A stretch of 64,000 nt of DNA from Lingula anatina (Eukaryota > Animalia > Brachiopoda): the NCBI GenBank assembly GCA_051362555.1, contig CM120641.1, forward strand, positions 29,456,401 to 29,520,400, written 5' to 3'. Each line of letters starts with the position of its first letter. Position 1 is the first letter of the stretch. The notes beneath the pieces were generated by a model, which was not told the DNA's origin, searched no databases, and saw only the letters and a program-made list of their open reading frames with translations. Below are positions 1 through 13,170 of the stretch, piece by piece. A program made the translations under genes and the position numbers.

Positions 1-1105
1 TCTTGTGCCTGATATGTGACCCAAAAAGTGGAGCTCCATCTGCCTCCAGAGTATTTACTCTACGTGAGAAAAAGTTCCCTACACTATCAGCAACGGGCGA
101 ATTGAACACTTAGATGGGATTTTGTATGCGCGCACTTTAATTCGATTAAGATACAATAATTTCGCCGATTAAACAGAACCAGATTAGATTATTTACCTAT
201 CCGTTGACGCAGAATCATTTTGTGATAAAATATGTTCTTACCATTTGGTGAACACCTGTGTCAAATTTGCTGTAGTCAAAATAGTAATGTGAAAATAGGA
301 ATTAGGTTTCCAATGGCGGTTAACACAGTGTTTCTTTAAAAGGTTAAAGGGATAGGTTGAAGATGTTTCATTTTTATTGAGTCATTCGGCAAAAAGCATG
401 GTTTAAAGAATAGTGCGGAATAACACTTTTTTTTACAATTTGGGGTTTAATAAAGAATATAAGTCAATTATTTAAAGTTTTCATTTAAGCTGGTGACTTC
501 GTCCAACTTTTCCTGAAGCTTTTGAACACTTCTATCTAATACTATCGTCATTAATAGTATAATAATAATCTAATTTTATTACCATTTTGGCTTTTGGAGG
601 GAGGAGGCATTTGGTATGTTGGGCTTCTACTTTATGAAATTGAAAATAACAGTTTTTAAAATAATGCTCCAGGTTTATTTAAATGTAGAACTTTGCGTTT
701 ACTCATATTAAACTTTACAGTTCTCACCACGTTCAAAGATGTTACGTATATTTGCATGTGGATATTTGCATATACGTACTTCTTGTTTGTAAGGAAAAAT
801 CCAGTGATTTCTACTTGTACTGATAAGTAGTGAAATGTCATCACAACAGACAGGGTGATATTACATTCATTTTTTCCCCTTTATAGACACCCAAAACATG
901 TCACAAAAGATACAGAAACAGTAGACTAAGTATTTTATTAAAAAATAAAATGAAGAGAAATCACAAAATTTATATATAACTCATTTTTAAAAATATTTTT
1001 CTAAAAAATGTATTGATATATCAATCTGGTTGTTCTGACATAACGCAGGAAAGAAATTCTGAATTGCTTCTAAACTGACGAGCCATTTATTTTCCACACG
1101 TTTAG

Positions 1106-3272
1106 ACCCAAATGCATCAAAATGCATGCAGGAGCGTCGCACGGCGCTGAAGACGGTCTCGGAGGGTACGAGTCGGTCTGGGGTGTACGTTCCTCAGTGT
1201 GAGTCTGACGGCAGTTACGCCAAGGTGCAGTGTCATGAAGCGGCGCGCTACTGCTGGTGCGTCAACACCCTGGGCAAACCAATTCCTAACACCTCCACCG
1301 CAATGGGAGAGAAGGTGGTGTGTAGGGGTAGGAGACAAAGGAGGACAATTTATTACATGATCTTGCTGTAAAATCATTTAAAAAAACAAATGAACGGATA
1401 TCTATTTTAATAATCGAAGCGAACATTTTTTTGGTTTTGGTTATGCAGCTCAGTCTGTTGAATTTATAATGTTACACTAAGTAAAGGAAAGACGATAACA
1501 CTGATTTCATCTTTGTCTTGTTCAAGATTCATGGCCATGTTTTACTGTCTTTTAGCCATGCCCAATCCCACCCCAAGCGGTGGACAGAAGGGTAAGCGGA
1601 CGACAGACTGTGTGCGTTTGCTTTTTGCTTTTCGCTTTTTAGCTTGCTTCTAACAAATTCTACTAAGATGTTTTCCAATATATTATATAAAAGTATATGA
1701 CTCATCGGGTTCAGACGCCGTTTTCAAGAAAGATACTTAAATGGCCCTGTAAAAAGGAATGGTATATCGATCACTTAGCTTCTGTTGAGAAAATGAAAAG
1801 TATGATTTTTTTTGCCATTGATTTTAGCATTTTCACAGGGGACCCGGTGTTGTCAAGATGCCACGACAAATCGGATTATTGTGGCGTTTATCTAGCTTCC
1901 TACTTCATCTGTACTTATACAATTCTTTTAAACGCATTAGCGTTCAAAATATTAGGTCTGTCCTATTATTTCATGATAGTCAAGACTTATACCTTTGCTA
2001 TTAAGATTATACAAAGGGACGTCATGCCTTTTTTTGTCTCTCTGTCTTTAGATAATTAATTTTTCAGATTTAGTTATCTAATTATATCGATATGTTTATG
2101 TTTTGGAATGACGATTAACACGTTTAAAGCTAATGTTCTTGGTTGGTTTAGCAACTGCACAGCCAGCGCTTCTGCTACACGACCTGCCATGGTCGAAACT
2201 GCCGCCTCAGCACTCACAGCTTTGCTTTCTACGTTGTTTTACGTCAAATAATTTTAATAACACCTGTCCATTAAAATATACAAAAACTTGGCATGTACAT
2301 TCAAATGTCAAGTTTTTTTTTCATGTTTGACACTTGCAGGCTTAATTGAAGTATTGTTCTCTGTGGAATGCATAATATTTTAGGGTGTAAAGCAGAGGAA
2401 AGAGAAGAATTTAATGCCAATTTGATCAAACAATTTGCCGAGGAATATGAGAGAATACCACGCCCGCAGAAATCCTCCTCTCCTCTCTCCGGCCTAGCAA
2501 CGGGTGAGTTGTCTTGTGTATTTCTGATATAGTTGATTGAATCAAAATTTAACAGAACGTCGATAATTTTTGTAGTTTTTGTAAGACAAATTTGACGATT
2601 ATCAGTGTTCAGTTTTCTAATCATTGGATAGATATTCAGATTGCACAAAAGAACCGACAAGGCCAAACAGATGGATATAGACATTAAAATACTGAAGCAT
2701 TTTCTCTACAGTCGTCCAGTTCTCAGGAAGCTAATGCTCTTCTTTCACCTTGATGGTTTTGTTAATTTCAATAAATGTGTCTAAATGAGTGTTTGCAGCA
2801 ATCAGCTTCTATTGACCAATCTTTTATTTCATTAAAGGCGGCTTACCAATCAAATCTGACTCAGATTCTATATTGGATACGCATGAAAAACGGGTAACAG
2901 AGTGGAAATTTTCCGAATTGGATCGCGACAAAGACAATCAACTGAAGTCCCGAGAAACCAGAAATTTACGTAAGATGGTGAAGAAGCTTGTGAAACCAAG
3001 ATCCTGTGCCAAGAAGTTCCTGAAGTTCTGTGATACAGACAATAATAAGAAGATCAGCAATCAGGAGTGGTCGATCTGCCTAGGGGTTGATGTCAATAGT
3101 AAGTATTGGTTGGAAAATTAGACTATTGATCAAAATTTAAAATAGGACAATTAGACTGTAGAATACAGACAGGTCAGTAAAACAAAATATATTGGGAGAG
3201 AGACTTTAATTCTCTAATTTTCTTCGTCCTATACCATATGATCTGAAAAAGTAGCAAATGAAAAGGGAATTT

Positions 3273-3315
<43 letters not shown>

Positions 3316-6300
3316 TTTTGCAACAGTGACAGTATAATGAACCGAAAGTGCAGGAACCACTTTGTTAAGTGTTAAGGTGATCGCACTCAGAAAAACATTT
3401 TCATTTTGAAAAATACCTGTCTGGGTGCCCAGCACAATCAAAATACAACAACAAAATGAAAAGTAACCCGACTTCAACATTCACAGAGGGAATCTTTGCG
3501 TTGGTAGGACAGAGAATGAGATTGCAAATTAATTGGTAATAAGAATAAGTTTTGTCGTTGGGAACCATTTATAGACACCAAAATTGAAAACGATTAAAAA
3601 CATTGGCAGTGTATATGGTATTTAAGACAATGACCATTCATAACAGCCGGAATCAATCACTGTTGATCAGGATATTTGAAACGACTATACCAATATTTCT
3701 AAAATAATCTAGAAACGTCAGATATTCAAACATTGGTCAAGTTCTTGGGGTCAACGGGCAAAAACTGTTTGGAAAATGGATGAATCTATGACCCCTGAGG
3801 CAAGGTGCCAAAATCGCTGTGGGCACCGTAAAAAAACTGTTACTCTTTTGGCATTTTACCCTTGAAGTTGCCTACAAACCTTGAAGATATGAGGTTTTGC
3901 AGGCAGATAAAAAAAGTTGGTTGCGAGAACTGTGTTCTTTCAACCCACGTTCATGGCTACCATCAAGGTTAATCTGGCACAATGCAGTCTGTACATACGT
4001 CTCCAAAGCACACAGACCAATAACAGACATTTGCTACAGTTTATTAATATTTGGCAATACGAACTAAAAGAATTATATCACCCCATTCTACCCATTCTAC
4101 TTACATATAAAAAATTGGTCAAAACAGAAAAACAACCAGTGTGTACGTTTTTAAAATTTGGTATCATTTACGCAAAGTAAAAGGAATTCGGAAGCAGTGT
4201 ACATAATGCTTAACACGCGCAGCAGTCACACATTGAAATACTTCTTGGGACATGACACGTGTAATTTCAGTAATTAGTTTAAACTCTGTGTTTAGTGAAT
4301 TATACGTTTGTACCAGTTAACCGAAAACACCATCAAACGAGCAAATGAAGTTTTTCCCGGTAACCCAAAATGTTTACACTCACGTTTTAGACACATGGCC
4401 TTTAAATATAGATACAGTCAAAATCGTCAGGAAGGCCGTAACGTTTTTACAGGTGATTTTGTGCCAGAATAGCCCTTAAAAATCTTGTGCCCTTTCCGTT
4501 TCATCTTTGCTTTTGGCTTTTTCAAGCTCCGCTTTACAACGCGTTATCAACCTGTTTCTACTGAATGAATTTCAGATATTGCCACGTTATCAATGGACAG
4601 AAAACACACGGTTTTCCCAGTATCTATGAATTTTTTCGATTATAATATTTTTCTCAGCAAGTCCGGCACAGGGAAACCTTGATTTAAACACTATTCATCT
4701 GTACAAGCTCCAAAAATTAGAAACAATCGGCCTAGCCTTGCAATATCCTAGAGGGAGGGGGAGGGGGTAATACTACCAGGCCTTGTTATATAGTATGACA
4801 GACACAAACCCCTGATCACAAAAAGGTCCAGACCCGGTTTCACGTAACAAATTCGTAGACTACGTGCCATGTAAAGATGTTTTGCTTTTTCAATTTGCTG
4901 TGTATTTGTCGTCGGGTGGAGGGCATCTGTCTTTTTCTGAATTTCTGTAGCTTTTGCGATATAAATGTTGATCGAAAGGAAAGTTGGATATCAAGGTGGA
5001 AGATTCTGATGAAAGCTATATGTGGCAGAGTATACACTATGAGAAGATGGGAAATGTTTGAAGAAAATGATGTATAAAGTGAAGAGGTAGAACTTTGCAC
5101 ATGAGCGTGGGAGACAGGTTGCGTGGAAGGCTTGAGTAAACGATGCGACTCACACCCTAACACCTGATACTTTTGTGACTTTCAATTATTGGTAAATTCA
5201 TCGTACTATCCACAACGTAATTTGATCTTGATAACGACCCATTCCTTATGTTTTGTGTCACTTTTGGTATAGTAGTCTTCTTTTCACGTTGTGGACAGTA
5301 GGGAATGTGATTTCATTGATTTGTGTTGCTTCACTGTTGCTTTCATTTCAGTTCTCGTCACGTGTTTTGTACGTTTCAAGGCCTATTTGCTTCCTGCGTC
5401 AAGCGTTGTCGCTGCAAATACTTTTTAATGTGTGGTTGATCTACTGATAAATTTTGCCTCGAAACATTATCTTTGATGACAAAAATGTTGATTCCGTAAA
5501 TGAGATATACCTTAACTGAACACGTGTCATCAGTATAAAGTATATACGTACATGTCTGAATGTAGATGGTGTTGTTTGTTGAGATCTGCTAATTTATAAC
5601 ATTTGAAAACGCCTCTATACCGAAATGAAATGCTGTGAAATCTATGTCAGTAGACCAACCATAAGCTTATCGTTTTCTATTCTTTCTTCAGCCTTTTACG
5701 ACTAACTTTAACCCAGGCCGGGCCAGTGCAACAATGCAATATTGCAATATGTCTACAGTGTGTGTTTCACTTGTGAAATGTAGTTTCTTTTCAATTATTC
5801 TTATCCCTGGACTCAGTGGGGACCCGTTCCAAGCACCAGATGACGGCAGATGGGGCAGCCAAAGAAGGTAACGTAAATAACGAGAAAGCGCCAAGCGAGA
5901 AGCATGGAAGGACATGAGCGTAACGTTATTTTTAAAGAAATTCGTTTCATAATCTGTATTTACCGTTCGTATTCTGCGTGTACATTTGTAATATTTAGTT
6001 AAAAGATAACTATTGGTAGTTGGTGTAGTACAGTAGTAGTAGCTGATAAAAATTTGTGTAATTAGTCAAATCGAGGAAGTTGAATTCTGTCTTTGTGCAT
6101 GCAAGATTACCATTGATCATTTACAACAAAACGTGCATGCATTGGCTGAAATAGCTTCCAACTATCAGATGTACTGGCATGGAATGCAGAATTCCGATTT
6201 TTTTCCAACTGTAACTGTGCGTTAAATATGACCCGAAGAATTCCAGGCGGACGTTTTCGAGTAGGGTTTTTCCGGTTTTTATCGGGAGTGGCTTCAGCAG

Positions 6301-9219
6301 TGCCAAGTTTTAAACCAGTAATAGAATGAACGAAATGCAGTATTCAGAAATATTAACATTTGCTTCATTCAGTCTTTTGTATGAAGGCAGGTTTAATATT
6401 CTCTAATGCAAAAGCAACATGTCCTTTTTTGTCATTTATTAACGAAATAAAGCTCGCAGTTAATAACCGCAAGCACGTTGCCTAACTTGTTGGTCATAGT
6501 TGTTCGTAACATATGCCTCTGGGTGCCGGTGTAAGCCTTGGTTTGTTTGTCAAATTTGCGCTCTTTTTGCTATTGACGACTATCTTCACTTTATCAAGGT
6601 TTCCTTTTCCCGTCAGCACCCCGCAGTGAGCCAACCCTTGGGAAGATGCAAATGCATATCCCCATACGAGACAGGCCTGGTCTCAGCGAGAGAAAAACAG
6701 ACAAAGAAAAAGAGGACCGTAAGTGTTTAGGGCTTTTTTGAATCTATTAACTTGTGTGTTTTCCATGTATTTTTCAGAGTAAAACCTCAGTAAATACCGA
6801 AAGAGCGTGTGTTTTCCATGTATTTTTCAGAGTAAAACCTCAATTTTGTTAGGTTAAATTATATGCTAATCTCACTTTTTTTATCTCTTTACACTTTAGG
6901 AGTTAAAAGTTGTCGGGAAGAGAGGGAATCAGCCATTCAGATGGATCAGAATAGTCCTCAAGACAGCATCTTTATCCCAAGTTGCACTTCAGAGGGCAAA
7001 TACGACAAGGCGCAATGCCATACCTCGGTAGGGTACTGCTGGTGTGTTGACCAGGATACGGGCAGACCCATACCAGGGACATCTACGCACAAAGTGAAGC
7101 CAAACTGTGACAACCCGTGGAAAGGTAAGCATTAAAAAGGAGACCAATTTTTCGGCGTTAATTTAAGCAAATTCTGAAGGGCCCCGAAATATTTTGGGTT
7201 TTTTTTTTTTGAGGGCGAACGGTGCAATTGGTACGATTTAGAACTATGATTCAGCTGGTCAAAATTTTAATTTCAAGAGGGGACCATTGGTGTGATTTTT
7301 TCAGAAAAAGAAGGGTCCTGACCCCCCGCCACCCCGCCACTCAAAAGCGCTGTATGAAAACTCGTACATTTTATCTGAATGATTTAAATGCGCTAAGATG
7401 TAAGAAAGAACACCAAGAATGTATTTGTTTGCTTTTTTATGTACTATTGTCAGACATCAGTTAAGCTGAACTCTTCAGTTCAAGTCTATGTGTATTGCAA
7501 CTAGAAAGATCCACGGTGCACAATCATCATTAATCAGCCTAACATGAACAATTATGCTGTCCTGATTCGTAAAACCTAAACTTGCAGGTTCATGAGAGCA
7601 ACACGCACAGTTCTTGGCGTGCACCGTGTATATTTTTACTGCAGTTTGGCTCAGCATGTGATTTTTCTTGGTAAGACGAATTTATAAGTAATTACATGTA
7701 AAACTTAAATAAAATAAAAATATGATGCATTTTTAATTATTTTCCACACACCAGGCTGTGACAAAAAACGAGAATTTTTGGTTGAACTTCTTGATGACAT
7801 GACCACGGAAATGGTGGAATACGCATCAGGCAATAAAACAGACAAAAGGTAAGCGATAGTTACTGATTGTCAATTTTCTTGTGGTTACAATCACTTTCAA
7901 TAGAAAAAAAGTAAATTATCGATAGAAAAAAGTAAATAGTCGTTAACAAGAATGCATCAAAAGAACAAAAGCAAGTCTTAATCTCTTCATGTATTGCTCA
8001 CCCCGAGTTTCTCCTCTGCACAGGACACACTTGTGCTCACTTAAAATGCCAAGAGGCCTTCTGCGATTCAGGGTGGCTCAATTACAAAAATAATGTGCAC
8101 TGCATCTCTCAACTCTTTGTACTCAACCATTTGCATTGGTCCTAAAGCAAACTATGTAGAAAAGATATGATTGCGAATTTTTTAAGCAATATTCCAGCAT
8201 GATTCCCTTTGATATTTCTCATATTTTCACTACAGCAAACTGGTGTCTGGAAACCCTAACATATCTCTGGAAGAACGGGTTGCACGATGGAAACTGCGAG
8301 TCTTAGACAGAAACAATAACATGGTAAACTTCATTTACGTCATATTAACGATGGAAAAATGTCAAACTGCATTCCTTTTTTTAGTATTTGACCAATGTTC
8401 GGTAATTAAATCAAGTAGAACTCTATATGTTATGTACTACAATCTTAACCTTAATTTCCTGCTCAAAAGTTTCCGTTGACGCAAAACACGTGATTGAAAG
8501 TGGAAATATAACCTGTGAGAATAAATTACAGCTAAATATTGTGACGTTCTTATTTATTCCTGAAGAACAAATTCAAACTGTATCCATAAGAAAATGTTCC
8601 TTGTATTTTGTCAGATGTTGGACAGACGGGAGTTACGAAAATTAAAGAAGGAAGTCAGAAAAAAGAAATCTTTCAAAAAGTGCGGACGTCATTTTGTTGA
8701 ATATTGTGATGCTGATAATAACAAAAAAATAACAGTGGAAGAATTTCTAGGCTGCTTAGGAGTGAACGGTTGGTATTCGTAAATTGTGTCACTTAATCAA
8801 GTAAACTTTATTTTGTAGATTAGATAATGAAACGTTTACAAATTTCATTTTCTCCTTCATTGCTTTCTAATTTTCTCTGGATTGTAGAACAACTTAGAAG
8901 ATTTGCAATTTTATCTTGTTTGTGAACTTTCAGTCGGGAACGGAATTTCTGCATGTCTCAATCATTTTCTTATTACTAATGAGAGAATACAGATTCGGTG
9001 AAACGACACTAGTCAATAACATTCATATCTTCAGAAATAATAACTTTGAAAACGATGTTACCATATCTCTGTTGTTTTCATAACTTCATGCTCTTTCAAA
9101 CAAAAACCTTGACACTTCGTCTGCTTCTGCTTTGATTAGACCAACCTAAGAATAATATGCCGGCAAGTGCTAAGCGTCGAGGCCCCAACCCATTCAGTAA
9201 GTACTTGATAGGCTCATGA
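1106..9219 (+). CDS. SMOC: SPARC-related modular calcium-binding protein (SMOC / Pentagone-Magu-like), 5'-partial, spliced
   Basis: Phase-consistent GT-AG exons: 1106-1327 (thyroglobulin type-1: CMQER...VYVPQCESDGSYAKVQCHEAARYCWCV), 1556-1591, 2384-2503, 2838-3098 (EF-hand EC domain: WKFSELDRDKD...CAKKFLKFCDTDNNKKISNQEWSICLG), 5817-5867, 6617-6718, 6900-7124 (second TY: IFIPSCTSEGKYDKAQCHTSVGYCWCV), 7755-7848, 8236-8323, 8615-8768 (second EC: KKCGRHFVEYCDADNNKKITVEEFLGCLG), 9140-9219 (ends RRGPNPFSKYLIGS-TGA). Signal peptide and Kazal exons presumably lie upstream of the window. Confidence 0.9.
3271..3318. repeat. (ATTT)n microsatellite
   Basis: Direct tandem ATTT run in a SMOC intron. Confidence 0.9.
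6754..6842 (+). repeat. 36-bp direct duplication
   Basis: GTGTGTTTTCCATGTATTTTTCAGAGTAAAACCTCA occurs at 6754-6789 and again at 6807-6842. Confidence 0.9.
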
Positions 9220-10936
9220 ATGTAGATCCTGCGTAGACTTTATGCACTGCAAGGCTTCCTTTGCTGCCACTGTCATCACCAAGCACAAACTTTAATTCAA
9301 GAGTGTGAATTTGTCTAGCTACTGGCCCCATCTAGCGGATTGCCGGTTCAAGTGAAAGTGAAAGTGAAACAGTTCAGAAGCCAATGTTGCACAGATGGCA
9401 CAGTGTGCCTTTGCAGTCAAATGCCGGATTTATTCACAGGATTTTCAGCGTGGAACGGGATTCACCATTTCTCAGGATTAAGGAAGGTCAAGAGGGAGAC
9501 AACACCGTAAATGAGTCCTTACTCCTCTGCGTCTGCAGTGCGATTCACTGTCAGAACAGCGGAGAGATGCATTTGTTCATTCTTTGCTATTCTACAAAGA
9601 TCATCAGCACGTCCGGACTGACCTGAAGTTAAAATTATCTCCAGTTTAAATTGCGTCATTAATTGAATATACAGCTATTTCCTTATCTGTGGCGCAGTGG
9701 AAACTCTTTTAAATCACCAATATAGAGATGGTATGACTTTTCTTTAGTTTTAAACTACTATAAATTATCAATAGTTGTTGAGAAATATTGATTGTATTAT
9801 TATTGGATTATTGTGAATCAATTTTGGTCTAAGTTATGTTCTGCTCTGTCGAGAAGATTTATGCACGTGGCTCAAGTGTTTGCGTAAGGGATATCAATAT
9901 TACAATTTTTGGGAAATAAAAGGCATTATGCCAAAAACGTGTAAAGAAAATGATTGAAACCAAGGGAACTCAGCAGCGGAGTTGACTGGGTAAAAAGGAG
10001 TTTTAATTTAGTTTATATCTTGGAGTGTTGACAGATAAAAAGATGTCGTGACGTGATGAGTGGATAAAAACGCTCTGACAATCTAACTTGTAATGACAAT
10101 ACAAGTTCAGCTTCGTCTTTCTTGTTGCCTTCAGTTAGATCGTGTTCTGTTAACTAATTTATTTTACCTCTGTTATTATACAGTGTACAAAGTCAATTAT
10201 CAATAAAAAGGAACCTGTCGGCAGAAAATGCTCCTGGAATCAAGCCATGTGCTAGCCGGTTGACTGCTTTTATATTGATACCTAAAAATTGCATATTGCC
10301 TTTGGTTTCTATGTACATGTAGGCCTACATCGGCTTACGCGGTAGCATCTGATCACTGAAATTTTGCCTCAGTCAATTAAGACTTAAAAGTAATGGATGC
10401 ACCTATAAATGTATAATTAACCCATGATACGTTTTAGTGTCTTGCCTATTATTTTTGATGAACAAACAGAATGTGAAAAATCAGTTTCTTCATTAGACTC
10501 AGAGAATAGTAAAAGAAATCCGACATCAAAGTGTTGTAAAGCTAAAGCAGGACCAAGTTATCAAATATATTATTTCATGAATGTCTATGAAATACTGCAA
10601 CGATGTATAGGAATTGTAATTCGTGGTAAAATATGGTCACTTCAACCCTGTGTTTTTGTGGTAAATAAAGAAATAACATCAGACTTGTCTTCTGCATGCT
10701 TGTGTTTCAATGTGTTATGTATTTAGACAATTTCCAGCGAAAACAAGTGGGTTAAATCAAAAGAAAAGACCAGTGATCATCGCTTATTCAAGCCAACACA
10801 AGGATGTTCTCCAAGGATCTGGAAGTGACTTCACAGAGGGCTTTGCTTTCACCTGCCACCAACCCTTAGTTCTGCTTTGTGTGCTCGTGTCTTCCTGCAC
10901 TAATAACATCCTACCAAGTCTTGCAAGTAACAAACA

Positions 10937-11109
10937 CAGGCCCGTAGCCAGGGGGGGTTCGGGGGGTTCGAAAGAACCCCCCTTCTTGCTGGAAAAAGGT
11001 CCACTCTGGGTAAAATTTGAGCTAGGTACAAGGGGATTATATGGTAAAAGGTCCACTTTTTCAGAAAAAGAACCCCCCCCCCCCTTTGAAATTGCTGACT
11101 ACGGGCCTG
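10937..11109. mobile_element. ~170-bp MITE, probably hAT-like non-autonomous element
   Basis: Termini CAGGCCCGTAGCCAG ... CTGACTACGGGCCTG form inverted repeats. The interior has G/C runs and is GC-rich against AT-rich flanks. Imperfect 8-bp flanking duplication (AACAAACA / AAACAACA). Confidence 0.75.
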
Positions 11110-12926
11110 AAACAACACAATATTTTTAATATCATTTATGTTTTTAATTCCCAGTTATATTTCAAAAGAATCAATAATGACATAAGCTAATTTGAAGATG
11201 TGTTAAATTAAAATTTCATAAAGTTCTATATAAGCTTACGAACTTAAAATGGTTGGTGCTATTTTCAGTTGGAGCTTTGCAGTAATCAAGCCAGTCAAGA
11301 TGTCATTACCCAAGAGGATCACATAAAGCGATCACGGTTTCAGATGGGCTTTTTTCAGTTCAAATACTGTGTATTCTGGGTGAAAGTGTAACTTCAGCAA
11401 TATAACTAAGAGTTATAAAACTTTTCAAAGGCTGATCAAGAGAGTAAAATGTAAATTAGAAAAAAAAAAGATAGTGAGGACTCTCAAGCATCTGAGTTGT
11501 TATTTTTGTTTTACTTATGTCTAATTTATGAAAGACCAATGTAATGAGGTTAAACATCTTTTGATGAATCAATGTATTATTTAATAATGTTCAACCTATT
11601 AGTGACTTAAATATCACTGCCCTCTCATTAACTATGATAAATTATGACAATAGCATAGACCAACATAAATATTCATCAAAAAACTTTTTTTCATAACAAA
11701 AAATTCATACCTCTCTTTTTTATCATATTTAAAATATTTAGTGAATTAACAAACAGTTCCCCATTTCTTTTATTATTGGAATATTTCCCATGTTTTCCTA
11801 TTGAGTTCATTAGAAAAAATTTAAATGACTATAAAATGAATTTCATGAACGTGCAAAATTAAGAGACATTGGTTACCAACATGGATAGTTACTCTTGTTG
11901 AAATTTCCAGACAGAGAAACATTAAATTTGTATATACATTTCATTTTCAGTAGGTTTTACATATCCAAACTTACTCTACCAAATAAATTTCCAAAAAGTG
12001 TAGTACTTTATCCCAATGGTTTTAACAGAATCTTTGCCTTTTTTTATACTGTCTGAATGCTGGGTGCAATATGTACAATGTGTGTAAAAAGCAATATGGT
12101 TTGCTTTGAAAACTATATGACAGCAAAACATTGAAAATGTTGAGAAACTGTGTGTACCTGTATATTCTTAAAAACTTCATACATTTGTAATAAACTGAAA
12201 CTATTTAATATGAAAAAAATGAGTGACTGAAAAAGAAATCTGCAAATGCAGCTTGTAAAAATGTCATTTTTTTATATTTAAGAGTTATTATCCCAATTCT
12301 CTAAAGTTTAGCATAAATTACCATTTCCATCTTGCCACATTTTACCATAATGAAAACCATAATTCTAAAAATAAAAAGCAACTCCAAGTAGTATTCATTT
12401 TAACTTTATTAGGTCCTTTAAATATATGATCATAAGTTTGTTGGAAGACATCATGTACACCATTATTTTTAGGTAGACGTTACCAAATAAAAAAAATTAA
12501 AATATACCATTTACTTAATTATTGATCAAAACCTTTCAACTTATTTGGGTATTGTCATTTACTATTTTGCTACGTAGTTTTATTTCTCACATCCTTCATT
12601 TTTCTGACTCACGCTTTTTCACTTGTGGAAGTTTCCATAAACTTCACAAATCCAAGAGTTTTGATAACCATGGTTCCTGACAAGTTCCTTCATAAGTAAC
12701 CTGGTTTGTCAGATAGACTTCATGAAGTAAACATGTAGTATATTCTTATTTTTTGGTACACTCTTCATCAAATGTATTATAAATAAAACCTCCACTTGAT
12801 ACGAACTGGGCTGAATTACCATGATGTCTTGGTTTTACACAAAATAAATAAATATATAAACTAGACAGTAAATCTGACATCTATACAGACACCAAACAGC
12901 AAAAAATAACATTGCAACAGCATCTA

Positions 12927-12927
<1 letters not shown>

Positions 12928-12957
<30 letters not shown>
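12928..12957. repeat. poly(A) tract, ~30 nt
   Basis: A homopolymer; reads as a U-tract in the presumed 3' UTR of the minus-strand DnaJ gene. Confidence 0.9.
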
Positions 12958-12960
<3 letters not shown>

Positions 12961-13170
12961 CTCAATATAATCAAATTTTAGAAAAAAAAAACAAAAAAGG
13001 GACTTTTCTCAACAAAAGTACTCGACTAATTTGGTTTGGGGCAAGTACAGCAGTAATGATGAAACATATATACAAACACTTACAGTGTCTGTATATAATT
13101 AAAATGATAACAAGCATTATCTTCAAACACAATGATATAATATCCATTCCTAATTTATAAAACACCTACA

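Noticed and set aside
3371-5515. Possible 2-kb TTAA-flanked transposon in the SMOC intron
   Set aside because: The ends match only at TTAAGGT/ACCTTAA, and no transposase ORF is visible.
10710-11129. 139-aa ORF and overlapping antisense ORFs
   Set aside because: The frames are open because of the GC-rich MITE; there are no protein motifs or splice context.
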